Origin: an uncultured virus (IMG/VR IMGVR_UViG_3300005534_000002)
Lineage: Duplodnaviria > Heunggongvirae > Uroviricota > Caudoviricetes
Virus record (IMG/VR): IMGVR_UViG_3300005534_000002
DNA: 64,000 bases
Reading direction: 5' to 3' (one strand)
Shown here: piece by piece, positions 19,201 through 27,545 of the stretch
Layout of the letters: every line of letters starts with the position of its first letter
Position numbering within the stretch: the stretch's first letter is position 1
Notes under the pieces: generated by a model
Told to the model about the DNA's origin: nothing
What the model saw: the letters and a program-made list of their open reading frames with translations, nothing else
Databases searched by the model: none
Translations under genes and position numbers: made by a program

Positions 19201-21838
19201 GTGTGGCTCCGGTATTGGTGCTACCACCTATGGCGGCGTTGGATATGCTGCCAAGACTCATCTCGCCCATCGGCGTCCCGAGTTGCTTAGAGACTTTGTT
19301 GATCTCAGCTATGACACCATCGGACATCCGTTTTGCCGAAGCGATTGAGGTATCAGCCCAGCGCGTCATGCTCGCCTCAGCGGCAGCGGTCGCAGCGTCG
19401 ATCTTGCCAAGGGCGTCTTCCGCCACCTGATGCAGCATGGCCTCGTAGTCCTTGAGCGCCACGACGAGCTTCTTGGTTGCGGCTTCTTGCTTCTCTGCTT
19501 GTTCCGCGAAACCCGCACCGGCCTTTGCGGCAAGCTCGTTCATCGACACGCCGTAGCCCATGACTTCGCTGTAGGTCTGTGCCGCCTTCTTCGCATCTTC
19601 GGTTGCCTGGTACTGCCTGTGGAGAGGATCGACCGTAGAGATGACCGCGCCTGCCACATTGCCCATTGCCCCGATGAAGTTGCCGATCCAGGTAACGGCG
19701 TCTTTGATGGCGCTGATAAGGTCGGTGAACGCCTTAGAGATGGCGGCGATGCCCATGACCCAGGTGTGACTGTGAGAGAGCAGACTACCCATCCAGCCAA
19801 TGAAGTCGCCTACCTTGCTGACCGCAAACTCAACAGCCCCTGTGAAGTCGCGCCAGGCTTGAATGACGTCGCCCTTGACGTAGTTTACGAATCCGTCTAT
19901 AGCATCGTGGACGCCCTGGACATGCTGGTACAGTTCGTACAGACCCACAGTGAGCGCCGCTGCCGCGATGACCACAAGCCCGATCGTGCCGGCGACTGCG
20001 GCCACCACAGCAATAAGCGGACTGAGTAGCGCGTACATCGTTGTCAATGCACCGTCCAGCCCGACAGTAGCAACCGTGGCGTCCACCGTGGCGGCTGTCT
20101 CGATCTCCTGCGAAAGCGCCAACTGCGCGTTGCTCGCAGCCATGTACTCAGCACGAGCCGTGTTTACTGCCTCTGCGGCTGTTAGCCTCTCGACCGATGC
20201 TGCCTGAGCGTCGGTTGTTGCCGCCAGAAGCCTCGCTTTCGCAGTGGCGATCTCTTGCTCTGTAGCGTTCTGCTTCTGGCTTATGGTGTTGAGGTTGAGT
20301 ATGGCCGCTGCCTTCTCGGTCATGGCTGCGTCGGTTTCAGCAACCACGATGGCTTTCTGCGTATTCGCCATGCGCAGCGCGGTTGCCTTAGATAACTCGT
20401 TCTCCGATGCAGCCTCTAACGCCTTCGCCTGAGCGTCGGTGATACTGGCTGCGGAGCTTTCTCCGATTGCCGCTGTGCCCTGACGGAAGCCTGCGGCCAT
20501 AGTTAAGGCCAGGTCTTTGGTAGACCCAATCACCGCGCCGGTGTGCGAGATGACAGGCAGCACGTTGCGCAGAGAGAACGCCCACGCATCCGCCGCGAGA
20601 CGCCCACCGATAATGACGATATTCAAGGCTGCCCACGCAGCGGCTATCGCGAAAATCGCAGCGGTCGCACCAGGCGAGATAGTCAGCACGGAACCGACAG
20701 CCTGCGCGACGTCCTTCAGTCCGGTAATGGCAAGTGCCAGGACAGGGAGTAGGGCTGACGCGATCTCCATGTCCAGAGTCGAGATGACTTCTTTGAACTG
20801 GTCCCACCGCGCGGCGACGGTGCTCTCTGCGGCTGCGACGTCGCTGGCCCAATTCTTCACCGAGTCGGCCTGCTGCTGATACTTCGAGGAGAGCCGCCCC
20901 ACTTCGTCAATGAGAAGGTTAATCATGGAAGAGCTACGGCTACGGCCAAACGCTGAGTCGATGATCGCGGTCTGTTCGACAGCGGTCTTGCCTGAGTTCT
21001 CTAGGTGCGTCTTCAAGTCTTCGACGGCGTTGAGCAGACCGTTCGGTTGGCGTAGGTCGGACGCTAGTTGCGTCTGGCCGATGCCGATAGAGGCGAGAGC
21101 CTTGGTCGCCGCCACGCTCGGTGCTTCGATGAGCGAGATGGTCATGCGCAGGCGCGTCGCGGCCATCTCGGCAGGCATGGCGTTGTCGGTTGCGGTCGCC
21201 AGGGCTGCACCGTAGTCCTGGATGGTCAGGCCGGCTTCTTTGAAGACCGGGAGCACGCCGGTGCCGATCGACTGAGCCAGGTCGCCCATGCGCACATTAC
21301 CAGAACCGATGATGGCGTTCAGTTCGGCCATCGCTGCCGTTGCGTTGTGGAGATACTGTGGGAACGCCACCATCACACCAATGAGCCCGTTCGTTACCGT
21401 CTCTAGGTTGGCGTGGCCGACACGCGCCCCCTCGGCTGCCGTCTTCAGGACGTCCATCGCCGCAGCGTTCGAGAGGATCGCGCCGTGCGCCCCCTGGAGG
21501 GCTGACTCGATGTGGTACAACCCTTGCGCCAGGACTTCCGCGCTCTGGCCGACAGGAGAAAGCGCGAGTTGTTCGACAGAGGCAGTTAGCCCCTGAACCT
21601 GCTCCATCGTCGCGCCAGCCTGCGTGTGAACCAGCATCATGGCGTCTTGGAACTTCACCGCCGACTCGACGCCGTGGACGAGCATCGCGCCGCCCAGGAC
21701 CCCCAGAGATATGGCGGCGAGGTTTGCGCTGGAGCCGAAAGCACCTAGCTCGGTAACGACAGACTTAATGACGGCGGTCGCCTGGTCAACCGCCTTCATG
21801 ATGATTTCGAGGATCAGAGTGTTGTTGCTGCTGTCCAC
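16214..21838 (-). CDS. tape measure protein (TP901-type core)
   Basis: ~1874 aa, Ala/Gln-rich helical, TM-like central segments; GTG start with GGAG at 21838. Confidence 0.92.
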   Translation of the reverse strand: MDSSNNTLILEIIMKAVDQATAVIKSVVTELGAFGSSANLAAISLGVLGGAMLVHGVESAVKFQDAMMLVHTQAGATMEQVQGLTASVEQLALSPVGQSAEVLAQGLYHIESALQGAHGAILSNAAAMDVLKTAAEGARVGHANLETVTNGLIGVMVAFPQYLHNATAAMAELNAIIGSGNVRMGDLAQSIGTGVLPVFKEAGLTIQDYGAALATATDNAMPAEMAATRLRMTISLIEAPSVAATKALASIGIGQTQLASDLRQPNGLLNAVEDLKTHLENSGKTAVEQTAIIDSAFGRSRSSSMINLLIDEVGRLSSKYQQQADSVKNWASDVAAAESTVAARWDQFKEVISTLDMEIASALLPVLALAITGLKDVAQAVGSVLTISPGATAAIFAIAAAWAALNIVIIGGRLAADAWAFSLRNVLPVISHTGAVIGSTKDLALTMAAGFRQGTAAIGESSAASITDAQAKALEAASENELSKATALRMANTQKAIVVAETDAAMTEKAAAILNLNTISQKQNATEQEIATAKARLLAATTDAQAASVERLTAAEAVNTARAEYMAASNAQLALSQEIETAATVDATVATVGLDGALTTMYALLSPLIAVVAAVAGTIGLVVIAAAALTVGLYELYQHVQGVHDAIDGFVNYVKGDVIQAWRDFTGAVEFAVSKVGDFIGWMGSLLSHSHTWVMGIAAISKAFTDLISAIKDAVTWIGNFIGAMGNVAGAVISTVDPLHRQYQATEDAKKAAQTYSEVMGYGVSMNELAAKAGAGFAEQAEKQEAATKKLVVALKDYEAMLHQVAEDALGKIDAATAAAEASMTRWADTSIASAKRMSDGVIAEINKVSKQLGTPMGEMSLGSISNAAIGGSTNTGATQTAAGVEAYTKMAASLDKWDEAAQKLPEQFRAVFDANTTALQAKLTSAFDAMQGKITAENQRHETAIAALNKDEQTKVADAHKAAQQAMNNEQTSYLQSYATANQTHESHLQTILQNFETTFQTDLANFQAHTAEQQAKAAADLQTHRDVMQALQAREQAALQTIETNNAHHNQEWVNQHKAALLEAYQREVALENNRYQNTIAAETRAAQNQDSAFNRQVATLDAQTLNKVQAETRAYDDSIAKLNAAHRLHEVKIEEALQNHVESLRQTLEKNIAAEDARHAKNLADFVRVFDNAAAKIGDAMTKDSSPHQILSSVQSMTQQHYNDALEKATVDILLHGKATQNDIAALQRAAAERDKVTKAEADAAAISGTAKTATAKGPTFQGVLQAEDKVVAAQTKVISDNTTVIKEQSALQVARIDNVATALKDATAVITQMSNVATVAADGQVKAIQDASAVAKAQFALTSATTPEQVALAQAQLEQAQNKQSSDAAIQAANLTVAQDELKEAQDKAANDRAIGAQHLTVLHDAMTVANLQLDLQKDNVKVALDQLTVMGNIEKVMTGASAAQDAVFLDQAQIEADNGKIAQAQAQQQIDMNKEASMTANANAQEALDAYKTEGDKATAAALTNAQKIQEAKDQAHVDALGLTSKLDTAQDKTATQVWQTQDKITQEEAKMIDANTAIIKDNSTMLVDQMDALATAIQDQTKVLTAQGDVAKAQADGQVKAITDGSEVYKAQMAIAHATDAQQLALAQAQLRAAQDKLRFDMMISSAAVAVANQQLRQAIDKAQEDATDAQLKQKVLQDTLVVDQLKVILQQDQIRLSQDQLVVLGDIAVALGAATDAEKLIEADNRKIAQDNANIAQAQQQLAIDQAAEAAAAAQAKIQDAQDAQAVELAKQQQAQIEQQAAIQEAQDKAHEDAINAQKATATAATQITTAIQDTNQELRNDLAKLLEIETLGANGLARLNVAGAPSGTNIMNGWASDSARQAGAPT

Positions 21839-21994
21839 TTGCGACTCCGCGAGGACGCGGGCGCTCCCTGAGCCGCATGCTCTGGTCCTCAACCACCTAA
21901 AGTATAGGCGTTCCGCATGGCGCGGAACACGCGCGTACGTGGAACAGCGCCCGCGCGTATATTCTTGTCAACTTGGTTACGACAAAGATGCATA

Positions 21995-22024
21995 TTGACG
22001 CGCTTCCGGCACTGATGGCAGAAT
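21995..22024 (+). promoter_or_regulatory. putative sigma70-type promoter for the antisense gene
   Basis: TTGACG-18 nt-CAGAAT with TG extended -10. Confidence 0.4.
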
Positions 22025-22073
22025 GTCTCTGCGGGTGCGGGACCGCTGGGCAATCCCCGAAAGAGGAGAACCA

Positions 22074-22361
22074 ATGGTCCACGAAACGCGACAGCAGTCT
22101 ACTCCCACCCAGGAGAGGCAGTCAGGCTACAAGAACCCAAACGCGACCCCTGTCCACGTCAAGCGCCAGGTTCTGTCCATGATCCTGGAGATTTCGGGCG
22201 GGTCCGACACAGAGGTACTCATGCGGACCCCCGACGTCGCCGGCTTTCTGGCCTGCTACGGAGACAACGGCCCAGAGAAGCTGAACTCCCTGACCGTGAC
22301 GATCGGACGCGCGATCGAGCAGTGGCTCGATCGAAACCCGGCAGACTTCGCCATCGGCTAA
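22074..22361 (+). CDS. hypothetical protein, possibly ribbon-helix-helix-like, antisense to the tail operon
   Basis: AGAGGAGA RBS before ATG 22074; 95 aa; TPVHV strand and IGRAIEQWLDR helix. Confidence 0.65.
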   Translation: MVHETRQQSTPTQERQSGYKNPNATPVHVKRQVLSMILEISGGSDTEVLMRTPDVAGFLACYGDNGPEKLNSLTVTIGRAIEQWLDRNPADFAIG

Positions 22362-22371
22362 GCCCAGAGTC

Positions 22372-22546
22372 CAGCGCGACCCGCACCCGCGCTGAATATG
22401 ATCCTCCAGATAGCGCCAGGCTGAGGATTTTCTGAGGGGGATCAAAACTTACCAGAGGTGGTGAGCAGGAGCCTCAGACTGGCGCTCGAAAGCCCGACAT
22501 CACCGTCAGCAGTGCGGGTCGCAGACGGTGATTGGTCGGGCTTTCG
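22372..22546. ncRNA. putative structured RNA element (three hairpins with loop complementarity)
   Basis: Stems 22372-78/22388-94, 22412-19/22479-86, 22487-507/22524-46; 22376-86 is complementary to 22512-22. Confidence 0.55.
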
Positions 22547-22550
22547 TCTG

Positions 22551-22830
22551 TCACCGAACGGTGAACAGCGGTGCGAGAGTCAGCGCCAACTCGTTTGCTG
22601 TGAACTTCGCGAGCAAGCGACGATCTGCGTCTCGCACGATCTCGTCAATCATGAACAGTTCGTTGATGACCGAATCGGGTTGAGCGCGGTACTCTTCGTC
22701 AGTCCACCCCGTCAGAGCTATCACCCGGTAGTACCGCAGTTCGGGCGGGAAGTCGTAGTCCTCCCTCAGCTTCCTCGCTCCCTCCTCCAGTGGATTCGTC
22801 CACGCCCACACGGCCTCCCGGAAAGCGTTT
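22551..22830 (-). CDS. tail assembly chaperone, frameshift extension (gpT-like)
   Basis: Overlaps upstream chaperone in the +1 frame; GWTDEEYRAQP motif typical of gpT-like segments; no good RBS of its own. Confidence 0.7.
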
Positions 22831-23358
22831 CAGGGCGTCGGGGTCAGCCCCTGCCCACACCGCCGACATGAACTGGAGCGCCTCACTCCGCGCCTCGGGG
22901 TCGATCAGGCCGAGCCACTGCGCGAACTGCGCAAGCTGGGCCTTGTACTGTGCCGGGTCCTTGCGCTCTAGACTCCGTGGCGGCGGCTGAGGGATCAACT
23001 GACCCGCCATCGGATGCGGCCTGCCGTCGTCGTCGGTGAAGTCGTCTGGGATGGTGAAGAACTTACCCTCGACCCTGACGCTCATTCGCGCAAGCATCGC
23101 CTTCTCGGTGGACATCAGGACCTCGGTGTCGGTCAGTGACGTGATGTAGTCCTGGATGTCTTCGCCGCGCTTCATCATCTCGCGGACCTTCTTGCGGTCC
23201 ACGCGCCCGATCACCTGCTTGGTGGTCATGGTGGACACGGCGTCGCGGTCGTCGCCGGTCTGCTCTCGTCGGAACGTCCAGAGGGAGCCTTCCGGCCAGT
23301 CGTCCTCTCGATATCCGTAGGTCGCGTTGGGGTTACGAATGCCCGATCCTGTAGTCAT
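22699..23358 (-). CDS. tail assembly chaperone (gpG-like)
   Basis: AGGAGAGG RBS; located between tail tube and tape measure. Confidence 0.7.
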   Translation of the reverse strand: MTTGSGIRNPNATYGYREDDWPEGSLWTFRREQTGDDRDAVSTMTTKQVIGRVDRKKVREMMKRGEDIQDYITSLTDTEVLMSTEKAMLARMSVRVEGKFFTIPDDFTDDDGRPHPMAGQLIPQPPPRSLERKDPAQYKAQLAQFAQWLGLIDPEARSEALQFMSAVWAGADPDALKRFPGGRVGVDESTGGGSEEAEGGLRLPARTAVLPGDSSDGVD

Positions 23359-23438
23359 TACCTCTCCTGAGAACACGGTCGGCGGGGCTACCGCAGTTTG
23401 CGACCGTGCTTGCTACCACTGTTCGGCTTCAGTATAGC

Positions 23439-23774
23439 CTAGCTCCACCAGATTGGCTCTAAGGACGTACACCATTCCCGGAGCGCGCCGGGGTTGTGCG
23501 TGTTGATGATCGCTTCGGCCTCGGCGTGCATCTCTAGATCGAAGTACCGGCAGGTATGATCTGTGCGTTGGCGACTCAAGCCGCCACGAAGTCGGCACTT
23601 CCCAGGAGCGTGGACGTACGCCGCGTTGACCTCAAAGAAGGGGCAGTCCTTACACCGCTTATTCGCCCACGGAATCGGCGTCAGGTCGCTCTGCGCGATG
23701 CCGGTGTCTTCTTTGTAGTAGCCCTTCTGAACCATGTCTCGAAGTCGGAGAAAATCCTCGCTCTGGTCAGCCAT
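23439..23774 (-). CDS. four-Cys protein with HiPIP-like spacing
   Basis: CKDC-x15-C-x14-CRYF; GGAG upstream. Confidence 0.55.
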   Translation of the reverse strand: MADQSEDFLRLRDMVQKGYYKEDTGIAQSDLTPIPWANKRCKDCPFFEVNAAYVHAPGKCRLRGGLSRQRTDHTCRYFDLEMHAEAEAIINTHNPGALREWCTSLEPIWWS

Positions 23775-23781
23775 GCTCCAC

Positions 23782-24591
23782 CTACCCTGCAAAGTCTTCT
23801 GTTAGCCAAACGGTTCCGTCTGGCGCGACGTACACACCGACGCCAACTCTATTGTAGAGCGGGCTGATGATGTTGCAGGCGTGGTTGCCCTGGCAGCCTA
23901 CCGAGTGCGGTTCGTTCATCATCTCGCTATGTAGCAGTCCGAGCATCTGAAGCGGATCGCCTGGGCCAGCTTGCCCGACGTTTTCACCGACGTTATTCCA
24001 ACCGATGCAGACGTCCTGCGGGAACTCGTCGTGCGAGATGCCGTGCTGCTGGTACATGTGCTCTGAATGCACTTCAGAGCACGCATCCTGCGCGGTGCTT
24101 TCAGTGAGAGGCGGCACGCCATAGCTGGCGCGAGTCTCGTTGATTACAGCTACCATCTGACTCGACAGCGTCTGTGGGACCTGAGTATTGGTTGGTAAGG
24201 GCATCGCCGTAGGCCAGGGTGTCGTGGTAGGCGGAACAGTCGGGAGAGGGGCATATGTCGCCGTGGCTGTAGGGACAGGAGTGCTGGTCGCCGGCGATCC
24301 GTAGCTGTGAATCTGGACCGCGCCCTCGCTCATCCAGCATGACTGAAACCGTTGGCTGTAGCCGTCCTTACCGGAGAACTCTTTACTGGTAGGTAGACCG
24401 CAGCGAGCCTGGACTTTGCTAGAACTGGCCCATTTGCTTGCGAAGTGTGTGGTGCTCGTGTGCGACACGCTTCCCCATCCATTCCAGCCGCCAGCCGCGA
24501 CCACGATCGTGATGGCAATGGCGAAGGCGGTCGCTACAGCGAGCGTTGCCGCCGCGAAGCACTTAGCGAGATATTGCAGGAAACCGTCCAT
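23782..24591 (-). CDS. membrane-anchored CAP (SCP/Tpx-1/Ag5/PR-1) domain protein
   Basis: N-terminal TM, Pro/Thr linker, INETRASYGVPPL, HSEHM, GENVG, HACNII, VGVGV, WLTEDF. Confidence 0.9.
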   Translation of the reverse strand: MDGFLQYLAKCFAAATLAVATAFAIAITIVVAAGGWNGWGSVSHTSTTHFASKWASSSKVQARCGLPTSKEFSGKDGYSQRFQSCWMSEGAVQIHSYGSPATSTPVPTATATYAPLPTVPPTTTPWPTAMPLPTNTQVPQTLSSQMVAVINETRASYGVPPLTESTAQDACSEVHSEHMYQQHGISHDEFPQDVCIGWNNVGENVGQAGPGDPLQMLGLLHSEMMNEPHSVGCQGNHACNIISPLYNRVGVGVYVAPDGTVWLTEDFAG

Positions 24592-24638
24592 AATGCTCCA
24601 ACTTTCTTGTACTTTTAGGTACTTTGGCGGTTAAACGG

Positions 24639-24677
24639 GACAGGGCGCGGAGGTTGCAAGCCCACCCGCGCCCTGTC
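24639..24677 (-). terminator. hairpin / putative terminator after tail tube gene
   Basis: GACAGGGCGCGG / CCGCGCCCTGTC 12-bp inverted repeat. Confidence 0.6.
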
Positions 24678-24706
24678 ACTTTGCAAATTGTGTCTCTAGA
24701 TCGTGC

Positions 24707-26344
24707 CTACATGTAGTAGGAGTAGAGCTTCTCCTGTCCGCTTGCTCGACGGGCGATGCCCTCGACGTTCTCGCCCACGGTGTCCGTGATCCCCTGGACC
24801 TCGGTGCTCTTCACGTAGCGGACGTGCGGCATGTAGAAGCTTCGGAACTTCCACGTCGGAGCCGCGTCCGTGCCCACGTTCTGCGCGAACTGTGCGATGA
24901 AGGTGGCGTCCAGGTCCTTGCTGACGAAGTTGGTGTAGATCACCGGGTAGTCAGCCGTGTTGAGCATCTTGAGCTTCACGTCGATCTTGCGCTTCGCGCC
25001 AGGGATGTACCTCTTCGCGGAAGTCCCGTCCATCGGGGCCTCTTCCTTGAGGTTGTTGTTGAAGTTGATCTCCCACTCGGTCGCGTCGTCCATCCGCTGA
25101 AGCATCGGCACCTGCGTTGATGCCTGGTCGCTCTCGATCGCCAGGAAGCCGTCCTGGTACTCGAACGACAGGTCGTTCAGGTCGGCCTCTGCGTCGTTGA
25201 ACGCGGTCGGGGACGGATTCGATCCCTCGCCGTTGGCAAGCTGGCGCGGCTTGTTGAACATGATGTCGGTCGTGACCGTCGTCTTGGCCGCAGTCGCCTT
25301 CAGGTTGATCTTGCCAACGTAGCCGCCCCGGTACTGCCACGAGTACTTGCCGCCGATGTTGTCCTCGACAGACACGGTCGGGAGCAGGTTTGTCTGGTTT
25401 CGCGAGAAGTCAGTCGGCGTGATCGGCCTGTTGATGTTGCAGGCCGGCGCGACCACCGTGGTTCCTGCGCTCGTGTGCGTGATGACGCGACCGTCCCTGT
25501 CTCCCAGGAGCGGGAGGTACAGCCACTTGTTCACAGCGTCGTACTTGATGCACGCCTTACACTCCTGATTCAGTCCGGTGTCCACCAGGATCGGGATGCC
25601 AGGGGTGTAGGCGGCGCTCCCGGTCGTGAGCGCCAGGATCGAGATGTGCGCCGGCAGCGACGTGTTGTACGTCGGCGGCGCGCCTGATGCGGTTGCTCCG
25701 GTGTCGGTCCATGTCGCGGTGGTGTTGTCCGGGATGGCGTGAACGAAGGCGAATGCGCCCGCGCCAAGTGCGCGGTAAATGTTTCGCCCTGTGGTGCCTG
25801 GAGGCCCAACCGGGATCGCGGAGAGCGCGTCGCTGGACGTAGAGCCTGAAAGGACATCACCCGCAGTTGCGGTGCCCAGCGTTGTCTCGCCGTAGGCGCT
25901 CGTGAACGTCACAGCGTACTTGTAGGTTCCTGCCGCCAGCGTCCCACCCGTACCGGACGGCGTCGTGGTTGGCGCGCCCGGAGGAGTCATGGCTCCGTTC
26001 TGAATAGCGGTCGTGGTGTCGGAAGCGATGGCCGAGACAGCGGCCTTGAAGCCAAGCCCAGCCTCCCAGATGTCCAGCCCGTTGGTCGGATAGAGCGCGA
26101 ACGTGATCGGACCTCCGACAGCAGCCTTGCCGTGCCGGTGTCCCTTGTCCGTGTCGCGCGATCCGACATAGGCGTCTCGCTCGATGTGCGTGTACGCCTG
26201 GTCGAGCGACTTGCTCTCAGCGAGTACGAACGATGTTGGCGCGACAAAGGCAAAGGGATCGGTGACGCCATCGGGACGCCACGAGATTGCTAGCCCTAAA
26301 TAGCCTTCACCGCCTTCGGTGTAACCCTGGAGTCCCGTTGGCAT
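24707..26344 (-). CDS. major tail tube protein with inserted Ig-like domain
   Basis: 545 aa; tube-like C-terminus (WEINFNNNL, KRKIDVKL); GTYKYAVTF...GRNIYR insertion. Confidence 0.8.
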   Translation of the reverse strand: MPTGLQGYTEGGEGYLGLAISWRPDGVTDPFAFVAPTSFVLAESKSLDQAYTHIERDAYVGSRDTDKGHRHGKAAVGGPITFALYPTNGLDIWEAGLGFKAAVSAIASDTTTAIQNGAMTPPGAPTTTPSGTGGTLAAGTYKYAVTFTSAYGETTLGTATAGDVLSGSTSSDALSAIPVGPPGTTGRNIYRALGAGAFAFVHAIPDNTTATWTDTGATASGAPPTYNTSLPAHISILALTTGSAAYTPGIPILVDTGLNQECKACIKYDAVNKWLYLPLLGDRDGRVITHTSAGTTVVAPACNINRPITPTDFSRNQTNLLPTVSVEDNIGGKYSWQYRGGYVGKINLKATAAKTTVTTDIMFNKPRQLANGEGSNPSPTAFNDAEADLNDLSFEYQDGFLAIESDQASTQVPMLQRMDDATEWEINFNNNLKEEAPMDGTSAKRYIPGAKRKIDVKLKMLNTADYPVIYTNFVSKDLDATFIAQFAQNVGTDAAPTWKFRSFYMPHVRYVKSTEVQGITDTVGENVEGIARRASGQEKLYSYYM

Positions 26345-26757
26345 TACTCTGTCTCCTCTTCATCTGCGCTTTGAGCGCCATCGTTTACAGCCTCATCGCC
26401 CTCGGCAGACTCCTCGGGCTCGTCTTCAGATTGTACACCGCTCGCGATCTCGGGCTCTGGCGGCGCGAGAGAGATGGGCGGGATGATCTCTGCGCTGTTC
26501 TCGCGAGACACCGTCCATCGCTCATGCTTCATGTTGGCGTTGTAAATGCCGGCCAAGAACTCTGCGAAGTCAGAGCGTGCCTGTTCGCCGGTGGGGCGAT
26601 TCAAGCTCGCGAGAAGCTCGTCGGTAATCAGGATTGACTCACCAGGCCACAGCCCAGCGGGTCGATCCCCCTGCGGAAGCGTGAGTCCTGGGATGAAGCC
26701 ACGTCGCGGCTCCTCGAAGCGTCGATCTCCGTTGTAAACGAGGCGTATGGTTTCCAT
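26344..26757 (-). CDS. hypothetical protein (neck region, acidic C-terminus)
   Basis: 137 aa, stop/start coupled on both sides. Confidence 0.65.
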   Translation of the reverse strand: METIRLVYNGDRRFEEPRRGFIPGLTLPQGDRPAGLWPGESILITDELLASLNRPTGEQARSDFAEFLAGIYNANMKHERWTVSRENSAEIIPPISLAPPEPEIASGVQSEDEPEESAEGDEAVNDGAQSADEEETE

Positions 26758-27530
26758 TACGTTCCTGGCTCCAATCTCACGTAGCGCCGTGGCCGCACGA
26801 TCACTTGCATCGCGCCGATTGCTTGCGGTATGTCCACCACCTGCGATTCAGTGAAGACATCCCAGGAGGTGCGGATGATCTCGGTGCTCTTGCCGTCACC
26901 AAGCCCGTCTGCATGTGGTCCTGGATTATTGTAGTTGCTGGTAAGGTGGCGGTTCTGATTGAGAGCATTCTCGACGGTCTGGAGGTAATTCCAGCACGCC
27001 TCCTGCTGGAACTGGTTGTAGACCTCGGGGTCGATCGGGTCGGCGTCGTACTGCTGAAGAGCTATATGGACCTGAAGGTGGATCACCAACGGTGAGTTTG
27101 TCGATCCCATCGTGTGTTCGACAACGCGCTTTGTTCCAGGCCAGATGGCGAGTACCGGCTGCCCGTTCTTCAACATCGGCGCGATACCAAGAGGCCGGTG
27201 CATCATCAGATTGGTCGCGACTTTCGCTCCTGAGAGATGAACATACTGCAAGCCAACAGGCAGCCCCTTGCTGGCGTATCCCCCGTACCGTAGGGCTAAC
27301 TGGTTTCCTGTTACAGAGGTGATTCCGACCATTGGCTCACCAGTGTTGTCGAAAAAGTGCAGGTAGCCATCTTCGACAAAGCCGCTCGAACTGGCGAGGT
27401 TGAGTAGTTGGTCCCCTACCGCCGAAGCTGTTTGAACCGTCGTTGTTTGCAGGAGCGACGTTCGGCTAAAGATCGTGTCCGCTATCGCTCTAACGATCTC
27501 GATTTCGCGGGTTTGGAACGGCCCAGCCAT
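26757..27530 (-). CDS. putative tail terminator / completion protein
   Basis: 257 aa, AGGAG RBS, synteny between gp10-like gene and tube. Confidence 0.55.
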   Translation of the reverse strand: MAGPFQTREIEIVRAIADTIFSRTSLLQTTTVQTASAVGDQLLNLASSSGFVEDGYLHFFDNTGEPMVGITSVTGNQLALRYGGYASKGLPVGLQYVHLSGAKVATNLMMHRPLGIAPMLKNGQPVLAIWPGTKRVVEHTMGSTNSPLVIHLQVHIALQQYDADPIDPEVYNQFQQEACWNYLQTVENALNQNRHLTSNYNNPGPHADGLGDGKSTEIIRTSWDVFTESQVVDIPQAIGAMQVIVRPRRYVRLEPGT

Positions 27531-27545
27531 GCTTGCTCCTTGCCC

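Noticed and set aside
22031..22546. Retron msr/msd or self-splicing intron
   Set aside because: Inverted repeats exist, but there is no RT in the window and no group I/II core motifs were recognised
22699..22860. Canonical -1 XXXYYYZ slippery site in the tail chaperone
   Set aside because: The downstream coding frame is +1 relative to the chaperone, so a -1 shift would not reach it
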